Shown here in pieces: positions 40,741 through 51,900 of a stretch of 64,000 bases of DNA. The stretch spans positions 2,852,001 to 2,916,000 of the forward strand of contig CP075495.1 of assembly GCA_021613535.1 (NCBI GenBank), given 5' to 3'. Numbering within the stretch: position 1 is the first letter of the stretch; every line of letters starts with the position of its first letter. This stretch comes from Adineta vaga (taxonomy: Eukaryota; Animalia; Rotifera). The notes beneath the pieces were generated by a model. That model searched no databases and was not told the DNA's origin. It saw only the letters and a program-made list of their open reading frames with translations. A program made the position numbers and the translations under genes.

Positions 40741-43700
40741 ATGGTAGACCTGAAGGATAATGTGGACACATTGTCCAAGAATGTATGTGTCTTGTATGCT
40801 TTTGAATAGTGAATAAAAGTTTGTATAAATTTGTTAGAAAAATCAAGCACGTCAAATTAATACCAATGTTGATCAACTTGAATCAATTCCCAATAAGAAA
40901 GCGTAGGTCTTTTTGAGTCATTGAAACGGATTTAAGAAAGAAAAGTTTTGAAGAGATTTTAGCCAAGTATTCATATTCATTTAGAGAAGGATGTAAACAA
41001 CGAAGAGCGATTTGGATAACATTAACTGCAAGTATAGTTACGATCGTATTAGGTGTTGCTGTTGGAGTACCAGTAGCTATGAAAATGAGTCAAAATACAG
41101 AATCAATGACTACAGCACCATCACTTGTTGCAGGTAATTACGAAATGATTTTGTTCATCTGATTGCACTAGAATTTCATAATTTTTAGCTTCTATTATGA
41201 CTACAACTTCTACTACATCAGGTCTATTGTACTAAAAGTATCATATTAATCAGCGAATTTTTGTTGACGTTTCAGTATCGTCAATATCAATGAATTCCAC
41301 AGCAAGTAAGATATATATTACTGATCATTGTGACTTGTGAGCTAAAGGCTATTGCTTATCGTCATAGGCACTTTCTGCAGTATGGATTAGAATAATCAAT
41401 GACTAGTATTTCAATGTAAATATCCTTTCTTCCTCAGCAATAGTTTCTGTAACATCTATCCCTAATTCTTCTACTGCTAGTCGTAAGTTGATGTTCTTGG
41501 CTCGACTATTTTCCTTTGTTTATGATAAACAGCAATCTTTATTTAAAACACTCATCTCTTTTGTAGCGACTTCTACGATAAGTTCTACTACTAGTACTAG
41601 TGAGTTTATTATTCGTTTTTAATTTATCTAACTGTGCGTTTATTTAACATCAGCAATAATGGGTGTATTGACCAGTAGTAAGATACAGTGTTAATTATTT
41701 TATTACTATTAGGACACCTTTACTTTCCGTAGCATAAACCTTGACTACACCGAATACTAGTAATGCGGATCTATCAGCATAGTTTCGCATACTCCTTTGT
41801 TCATTTTCTAGGTACATCATCGTCTCCATCGATATTAACTACCTCCACGAGTTGTAAGCCATATTCTAATGCATTACTCATAAATATACCTTTTCTTTCC
41901 GTAGCATTCACTTCCATTACTTCTGCAATTACAAGTATACTCCGTTGATTATGACGTTCATACTTAGTTATTAATCTTTTAGACACATCATCGACTTCCT
42001 CCTCAATAGTTACTACCACTAGCAGTATAAATTTTATTTTCCGTGAACTGTTATTCATGAATCGTACTTTTTAGCGAGTACTTTGTCCATTTCTTCGACC
42101 ACAAGTGCGAATCATTACTTATAAATTTTCTATCTAACTAGTTTTTCTTTAAGTCACAACAACACTCACACTCACACTCACAACCACAGCCACAACAAGC
42201 AGAAGTATGAAGTATCTACTTTTCGGTTCCTAGTTTGATCACTCACTTCTCCTTAGGCACGAGTTCATCGACCTCCAGCACTACTAGTACCTAGTATTGG
42301 TTATAGTTTTCATATATACCACTTTTCTTTCAGGCACATCGATAACAAGTGAAACAACAACTACATGTATGAAATACTGTTTTAAGTCTCCTATATAAAC
42401 CATCGTCCTTTTTAGCGTCTACATCGACTACTTCCAGCACTTCAAGTATAGAACATCGACTCGAATGCTTCTATACCTTTCATCTTCTTTCAGGCACAGC
42501 AACATTCACAACAAGTCAAACAACCAGCACGAGTATGGAATATTAATCTCTCCCATTCTTGATTTATGTTCTCTTTTTTCGTAGGTACAAGTTCGTCCAC
42601 TTCTAGCGCTACAAGTACCTACTACTAGTTACGCTTTTCATTTTCAATCCTCTTTTTTCAGGCACACTAACTTCAACCACAAGTGAGACAACGAGCACTA
42701 GTATGGAGTCTTTGTTCCTCAAGTCTTAGTTTAAGTTCTCATTTTTATAAGGTACAACTACGCCCACGTCCACCACCACAAGTATTCAGGAATAGTCATG
42801 CTATTGGCATTCCGATATCCTATTCATCATTTCAGGCACATCAACATCAACAACAAGTGAAACAACAACTACATGTATGAAATACTGTTTTAGTTCTCCT
42901 ATATAAACTATTGTACTTTTTAGCGTCTACGTCAACTAGTTCGACTAGTTCCACTAGTTCAAGTACGCATCATAGGTTTGAATAGGTCTTCTTTCCGCAC
43001 CTTTTTTTATAGGTACATTAACATCGACAACAAGTGAAACAACAAGCACCAGTATGGAATCTTTTTTGTTTAGTCTTTAGCTTAGCTCTTCATTTCTACT
43101 TAGGTACAAGTTCATCGACCTCCAGCACTACAAGTATTCTGTATAAGTTACCGCATCTCTTTGTGATAATCTCTTTTAGGCACATCAACTTCAACAACAA
43201 GTGAAACCAGCAGTAGTAGTATGAAATAATTTTTCTTTACCTCTTAGCTAATATTTTCATCTCCTCAGGTACAACTTCGTCCACGTCTAGCACGACAAGT
43301 ACCAAGCATTATTGCTATCTTTCATATGCAACAATTTTCTGTTAGGTACATCAACATCAACAACAAGTGAAACAACAACTACATGTATGAAATACTTTTT
43401 CAGATCGGACACATGAAAACTCGTCCATTTTTAGCGTTCACTACGACCAGTTCCAGTACTTCAAGTAAATATGGCTGAATAGAGTTTAAATATTGAAATT
43501 ATCACGTTTGAAGGCACTTCAACATCGACAACAAGTGAAACAACTGGTACCAGTACGAATTTTATTTTGTTATGTTTTTCCTTAAAATCATCGTATTTCC
43601 TTAGGTTCAACGTCGACGACCTCGACCAGTACAAGTACCTAGTTTATACTTCAAATTTCATACGTAGTGCATTTTATTTTAGGCACATCAACATCGACAA

Positions 43701-45334
43701 CAAGTGAAACCAGCAGTAGTAGTATGGAATAATTTTTCTTTACCTCTTAGCTAATATTTTCATCTCCTCAGGTACAACTTCGTCCACGTCTAGCACGACA
43801 AGTACCAAGCATTATTTCTATCTTTCATATGCAACAATTTTCTGTTAGGCACTTCAACATCTACGACAAGTGAAACGACTAGTACCAGTACGAATTTTAT
43901 TTTGTTATATTTTTCCTTAAAATCATCGCATCTCCTTAGGTTCAACGTCTTCAACTTCTAGTACGACCAGTGCAGCTCTAGGCGAATCGTTCACGTGTTT
44001 AGTTTTTTTCTTTCAAGGCACATCGACATCAACAACAAGTGAAACAACAACCACATGTATTAAATACTTTTTTTGATTGTTTTTTTTTGCAAAATTTCAT
44101 CTCTTTCTAGCATCCACATCAAGTAGTTCCAGCAGTACAAGTATGTATTGTGTACTTGGATAGTTTTTGTATGTTTTACTTGGTTGTAGGTACGTCAACA
44201 ACAACAACGAGTACTGCAAGTACAACTAGTATGACATATTGTTATGGAATTGGTATTCAAAGTTTTATATTTTTTCAGGTTCAACCTCGTCGTCTTCGAG
44301 CACTACAAGTAGAGATATATCAGTTTAGAAACTGCATATCGAATTACTCTTTTATTAAGGCACATCAACGAGTACAGCTACTACAATGACGAGTAAGTCA
44401 GACACTTCGCTAACTACTACATCTGATCCTTTTTTTTGTAGCGTCAACATCGACCACTTCAGTAACGACATGTATGATTTCACGAAACTGATTATTTTAA
44501 CGGCAATCTGATATTCTTGTATTTGCTTTAGCAACTTCTACGACAAGTCGTACTACTTGTTAGATATTTCATGTATTACACTTATGAATTGAATACATAG
44601 AATGATTTTTATTTTAGCTACAAGCAGTACAAGCACGACTAGTCGAACGACAACTACAACAAGTATGTAGTGCCGTTGTTAAATTTCACAAAAAGAAAAA
44701 CCGTGTAATATTTTTGTAGGTGTAACAACAACAAGTAAGTATTCCGTGTAGTATTTTATATTATAAAATATAAAGAACGATCAAAATAGCTACAACTACG
44801 GCAGTGCCACCAAATTTATTAGTTAATCCTGGTGGTGATGCAAGTCTTACTGGTTGGACACAAACAGGTCCATCAACTGCTATTCGAGATACGGGTGGTT
44901 TAATCAATAGTGGCTATAATCCACGAACGGGTGGTGGCATGTTTGCTGGAGGTCTTGGATCTGGTGGTTCATCATCAGGTCTTACTCAAAATGTCATACT
45001 ACTTGGTGGGCCACAAAACTTAATCGCTGCTCAACTCGATGCTGGAACATTGAAAGTTGAAATCAAATTTTATTATCAGAATTATAATAGTTTCTGGCTT
45101 TCCACGGATGAAGCTCAAGTAATTGTCACATTTAAATCAGCAACAAATGTTGTTTTAGGTACTGCCGATTCTGGAAACAAAATCTGTAATATCTATCCTG
45201 GATGGTGTTTCTATTCGAATATAGTCAATCTTCCTGTTGGCACACGAACTATTGAGTATAAAATGAATTTTATTCGCAATGGTGGAACAGACATTGATTC
45301 GTATATTGATGATGCTTCATTACGAATTATTTAA
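40741..45334 (+). CDS. Type II membrane mucin-like protein: cytoplasmic tail, TM, Ser/Thr stalk from ~41 micro-exons, C-terminal jelly-roll (FBA/galactose-binding-like) domain
   Basis: Three 5' exons give MVDLKDNVDTLSKNKNQARQINTNVDQLESIPNKKAEGCKQRRAIWITLTASIVTIVLGVAVGVPVAM. About 41 AG/GT-bounded exons of 15-51 nt follow (41189-44734), all multiples of 3 and phase 1. The terminal exon 44790-45334 is in frame with ORF 44804-45334. One micro-exon (41733-41759) carries a stop. Confidence 0.85.
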
Positions 45335-45926
45335 TAGTGAACTTTTTAGTGATCTCATAAATTCGTCATAATTAAAACTTTCTTCAAAGACATATGTTAA
45401 ACTTTTATAAATCAAGTGGGCAGCATATTACTATAGGAGAAAAATGAACAACAAATTGAATTATAGAGAAAGAAAACGTGCAAATATTAACGAATCCGAA
45501 CTTCACATGTATGTGTATAAATGAAATGTGCGGATATTTCACTATCTATCTTGCTCACTTTTTTCGCGTACAATAAAACTATATAAGCAAATAAAAAGAC
45601 AATTAAATGAAACAATGACAGCAAAAATTAACAAGACCACATGTGAGACAGTTGATAAAAGTTTCGGATGGAAAGAAGAGAAAGATGAGAAACACTACAT
45701 ACTACAAATAATATTAGAATTTGTTTTGGTTGTTTCAAACGAAGAAGAAATAAAAACATACACACACACACACATAAAAACACTTTGTATACACAAATAT
45801 GAAAACAAACAACAAAACGAGGCAAGTATTTTACGAACTCTAGGTATTAATTATCATTTGAATCAAAGACCCGTTTTTGATACTCGTCGATCTAATGAAG
45901 ACAAATGTAAATTAATAATAGATGAA

Positions 45927-48900
45927 TCAATTAAATCTACCTGCAAATCCAACCATTTTTGTTTGTGTTGAAGGTACTTCTGAAGATTGTATCTCCGAAG
46001 TTGTTTCATTTATAATTGGTTCAATATGAACAATTGTTGGTAATGTTCGTGATGTAATTGGATAATTTCTTTCTCGATACCAATGAACCGATTTTTTATC
46101 CAGTACTAACAATTCAAGATCATCACGTGCCATGTGTTGTTTGATTTTATCTAAGATTGTTTCATAAGTTAATGCATGAATTGTTGTACCATTTATTTCA
46201 ATAATTCGATCACCATCACGTAAACCACAAACAGCAGCTGGTGAATGTTTAGTAACATCGGAAATGAAAACTCGGCTAAATAGAATTCAATCAATTTGAA
46301 ATATGAAAATTATGGAAAAGATTTTTCTATTACCCAAGTTTTTTTGGATCACCACATAGAAAAAAGCCATAGAATGGTGATGTAGCAAATTTTCGAACAC
46401 GACAAAGACGTGCAACAGGTGCATCGTGTGAAGATATATCCGATAATCTAGTTATCGAGCCCTCTAGAAAATGACAAATCAAATAAACGTCTGCTTTTTA
46501 ATCAATACTATGTCAGCTTACTTTCGGATGACGTAGAAATACTCTTTGGATAATGAATAATACCTGGTGATGCTGTAATTCCTATTTATAGAAGAAAACA
46601 TTCATGAAAATTTCAAACAAAGAAAAAAAAAGATGTGATTTTATACCAGTTGCAAGTGCAGGAACACTTCCACTAAGAGCTCGACTGGTAAAATTATCAA
46701 TTTGCTTTAATTGTCCCGGTAAATTTGGATAACTTGTAGCAATTTTTTGTTGATTAAAACTATCAAATGGACTAATAGAACTATTGATATCCGATACATC
46801 ATCACTTAATATAGTTGTTCGTGGTGACTGTATGGTTGATGTTAGAAATGTATTATTATTATTATTGCTATTTGATAAATTATTTATATTCGTTTGTTTA
46901 TCGCCATCCACTGTCGATGGATAAATATCTCGTGTATGACTTTCAATAACACGCATTTCAATAGATTCATTTATTCGCATTGCAGAAACAAGCATGTCTA
47001 CGACCTGAATCGGAAAGAGAAAAGAAAACTAGTGTTTTCTTAAATAAATAATAATTTCAAACGTACTTGTTCATATTTAATATTTCTGACATCAACACCT
47101 TCAACTTCCAATACTTCATCATTCACTTGTAAGCCAGCTATATCTGCTGCTGAATACTATTGAAGAAAAAAAAACGAAGAGGAAACCAAACATTAAATAT
47201 ATATATTTTCGATGTATCTTCGAACCTTTTCAACAGCTGTGATTGTATGATCATAATCACCGGTGGCACTTAGAACAAAGCCAAGACCTTTATTACGATC
47301 GACTTTGAGTACACATCGGCGAGGACCTCGAAGATAATCAAATGATCCAGTTGATATCGTTGAACGAACAGTATCTTGTATCGATGAGGCAGGTAATACA
47401 GTTGTTGTATTACTTGTCACTGTATCGAGTGATTGAGAAACATAGGGATTTTCTAATCGATTATGTCCATTCCGAAATGTTGGTGGTGATGGTGCACGTC
47501 CTTTTGTACTAGTCGTTGTTTTTGTAGTAGAATCATATTCTGCTGAAGAAAATCAAAATCAAATTCATTGTTCTTTATTATTTTTGACATCGAACGGATT
47601 TATCACTGATAAAAAATATACGAATCTCTTTACACACATTTTATCTTTCTCAACTTTTCAAGTTTTTTACTTTTCGTACTCGTTTAAATTAGAAATTCTT
47701 CTAACATAACTTCATTCGTCAAGACATTCTTCTATAGAAATATCTTATCAGAATCGAATACTTTATCATGAAAACTTTCTCAAATATGCATATTGTTTCC
47801 CTTTGATTAAACACAATAAAAAGTGCAAATTACTAATCTAATCTAATCCAATCTACAAAATATACACACTACAATTATATCTAAGTGAAATAAATATATA
47901 TACATATAACCTACCGTGGTTGTGTCATTTCTAGAGGCACATCAAGCTGTCGATAATATGCGTGCAATATGAATAATAAATAGTTGCTTTTGATCTACAG
48001 TAGTCGAACTAAACATGCAAGTTGTGCTTTTTTACTGTATGTCTGTGTGTGTGTGTCGCTATTGTGTAAAAATAACAATGTAAAGAAGTTATACTAATAG
48101 AAAAAAAACTACAAAAAATACTACGATTTTAAATAACAAATGACAACAATAATAATGATAATAATAATAATAATACTAATAGTGAGACAAAAGTAGAGAA
48201 TAATCAGATAGCTACATGCAAAAGAAGAGAAAGAAAATGTATGAAACTAATCACGAACGTTTTGATGATTTTGAATGTCCAATTTTGTGAAATAGATTAT
48301 TAATTGCATGTGGTATAGCTTTTGTTTTTGATCCTTTGGAATCTTTTGTTGATGCTTGTTGTAGTGATGTAGCGGATCGAGATAGATTCAGTCCATTTTG
48401 ACTGCCAGCTGATGTGATACTCGAACGTTGAGCATTATTTTGTGTTGGATCAAAGAATTTCAATGGTGCTTCATTATGACGGGTAGACGTCTGTACTGGT
48501 GAATGTGGTGCAGTTAAATGAAAACTAACTGGTGCTGATGAAACATTATCAGATGGTGCTTTTTGTTCAGTGATTTTGGAATTTTCCTCTTCTTCATTCT
48601 CAGAATCCGTTTCTTTCGATGTCGATAAACGAAATCCAGTAGATGGGAGATGATGAGGTGAATTATTTTCATCATGTTTAATCATACTATTATGTAACTG
48701 TTCTAAACTATCTCGTGACGATAGAGATGATGCGGTTGTAGCAGCAAGAACTGGTAATTTATGAAAACTTGCTGATGACCTACTTTTTGGAAAGATATGT
48801 TTCACTTTTAATTCGGGTTCTTTCAATGGTTTTTTTGTTCGTCTACAATAATCAAATGTTTCTTGATCGACCACGAGCATTTCTAATCGACCATCACGCT

Positions 48901-51900
48901 TGGCTTTTTCAATTTCTTTTTTCACTTTATCATAACCTAAACCTTTAGTTTTCTTGTCATTGATTTTCAATAATATATCACGTGATTGTAAACCAGCACC
49001 TTCGGCTATGATTGCGGTTCGACACGTAATATTAATGGATATTCATAATCGGGTTCTTCACTTAATTCAAAACCAAATGTTGCTGATTGTGTTCCATCAC
49101 CATTTGTTGGATGTAAATGACAAAGACGTAATGTATAGGAAAGTTCTTTATTTCGCTGTTCTAAAAAAAAGCAGCAGAGAAAAACAAAGAACAAAAAGAC
49201 ATGCCAAACTAGATACGGATCATAAAGCAAATCGGGATCTTCGAATAATAAGAGATAGAGAGAAAAAGAGAAAGTTCAGAAAAGAATGAGTGAGCTAGTC
49301 AATTGGCAAAAATAAACAAGAGTAAATTATCAAGCCAGGAAAACATAGCTATAATTAAAATAAATCAAGCAAAACTTGCCTTGAGTATACATGTTTCTAC
49401 ATAGTTGGAAAAAAATGTTCACTAGTTTTAGATATATGGTAATGATCATTAGAGTCTTTTATTGAAGATTAACGTCTCGAATTATTATTCTTCGTAGTGG
49501 TAGTAGTGCTGCTGCCGCCGCCAACGGAGGAGGTAGACTTGCCTCGATCTTAAATAAGAGAGAAAAAAAGAAAGAAAAATCAACGAGACAATTTTAATGA
49601 GTTTATTAGAGTAGGTTTATTTAGGTGAATAGTGGCGTTGTTCAGTGTCAAGAAATAAGCGGGCATTCAGTGTCAAGCTTGAAGAAGATGTGAAAAGACA
49701 ATATGAATTGACTAATCCTATATCCATCCACAACGGCAGCAGCATAATGCACAGTACACCAATGGCGATAAAGAAGGAGAAAAATAATAAATATGAGGAG
49801 AATTGTATGCTTTTTTTTCTTTTATGAAAATTGATTATTATTGATAAAGTAGGGCAGAGAGAGAGAAAGAGAAAGAATGAAAGAAAAAGCTCATTAATAA
49901 GCTATTGAACCATTATTTCAATAGTCAGTTAAGAGGACATTCCTTTTTTTTTAAAGTCATGCATAAGTATCCGTGAGCATTTGGCAAGTGTTGGTCAAAA
50001 AGCTTCAGATACGAATTCGAAATAAACAAGATATCAAGCAAATCAATGTTTAATTTGTATATTTTACTTACTTTGATATTCTTCAACAGCATTTGCACCA
50101 CGAGTACTAGGTTCTCCTCCTCCAATACTATCATTATTTCCTACAGTATTGCTATCATAACTATCTAGAGAAGCATTTCTTGGATTTGACATAGATGATT
50201 GACTATCTTTCTTTGCTTGTTCTGAATCCGATTGATTTATTGATTGTCCACGAACAACAAGTTCAACACGTTTTTGTTGTAATGCTTCTTTAACTAATTT
50301 GACTGTATCTTCATAAGTTGTTTCAGTTACAGATTTACCATTGATCGAAAGAAGCGTATCATTAAGAAGTAAGCCAGCTCTTCCTGCCGGTGAATTTTTT
50401 TCAATTTGACATATAACATATGGTGGTGGAGCTTTACCACTAAGTGCAAAGCCAGCTGTACCTTCTACTGATGGTTGTAGAACACAAACACGCGTACCCG
50501 GTACAGATGTTGGTGATGATGATAAAGGTGGTGCTGGTGCAGCTTGTTTACCTGATAATGATGATGTTGTTGAACCTGCACGTGGTACAGTAATTGGATC
50601 ATTTATAGAACGAATGCTACTAGCTTCTTTTTGTTCAGCTGGAAGAAAAAATAACGATCGTATGACTAAGTCGATAGTAAATAGAATTCATTATTATTGA
50701 ATAAGATACATGCAAAGTGTTAGTTTTGTTACATAGAAGTGACATGCAATAAAAAAGAAAAGAAAAGAAAAGAGAATGACGAATGTGTTTATATGTTTCA
50801 ATTTTTTTTGTTCATTCAAGCAAAAGTAGTGCAGTTATTTTTCTTTTTTTTTCAATGATAAATATACAGAAATACAAAGACTAATGAATCTAGAAGTTTG
50901 TGAAGAAAACCACATACACACAAGATCAATGTTAGTCATGCAGGTTATAAAAACAACAATTCTATGATATTTGTTGTGACATATTTTGCCTACTTTGTTC
51001 TGTTTCATTAGGTAATTTATGTTCAAATATTGGTTTCCAATTCAAAATATTCTTTTCTTGATAAATTTTATATCGTTGCATATCACTTTTTCTAATTAGA
51101 ATTAAATCAATACTAACATTTGATAATGATAATTTTCGAATAAGAATTTTCACATCATCATGTGTCATTTGTTCGACATTTTTTCGATCAACAAATAGAA
51201 TAACATCATCTTCACGTAAGCCAGCATTATAAGCTGGAGAATCTTGTTCAACTTGATCAATTAAATGAAGACCATTTTGATAACGTAATAAAAGCCCATA
51301 GCCATTATATGTTGGTTCTTTTTTCAAAAGACAATGTTTAACTTCAACAGTACCGTCACCATCCGTAAATAAAGTATTCAAATATTTTGTCAAATCATTT
51401 GTAGTTGATTTTGGTGAATCAGCTTTTGAACGAAGATTTGGTAAGTCACTAGCCGAATCTTTTGCTGATCGATTACGACCAGTTGATTCTAAGAAAACAA
51501 AGAAGAAGAAAAAAAAATCATATTTAGATTATGTTAACACGAATAAGAAAGAGAAGAATGATTTTACCACTCGAACTACTCAATATTTGTTGTTCTCCTG
51601 TCTCGTAGTCGGGTGGTGTAAAATTAGTGTTTTCGAGTGTACCTCTTGTTTTCGATTGATTTCTTTTGACATCTTCAATTAATTCTAAATATTTTGGATC
51701 ATTTACAACTGTTAATTGTAATGGTTTTTTGCTTTGCATCATTCGACGAACATCTTCGTGTACAGCATTTCGAACATCAACATCATTAACTGTTAATATA
51801 CGATCACCATCACGTAAACCAGCTTTATCGGCCATAGATGATGATTGAACATTACTGATAAAATGTGTTTGAATTTGAGTATCACCTTCGGGAATAAATG

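Noticed and set aside
42683-44389. ORF-track proteins 42683-42880 and 44150-44389 (also 41763-41948 and 41801-42058)
   Set aside because: Read-through of micro-exons and introns of the mucin gene, or its antisense; not independent genes.
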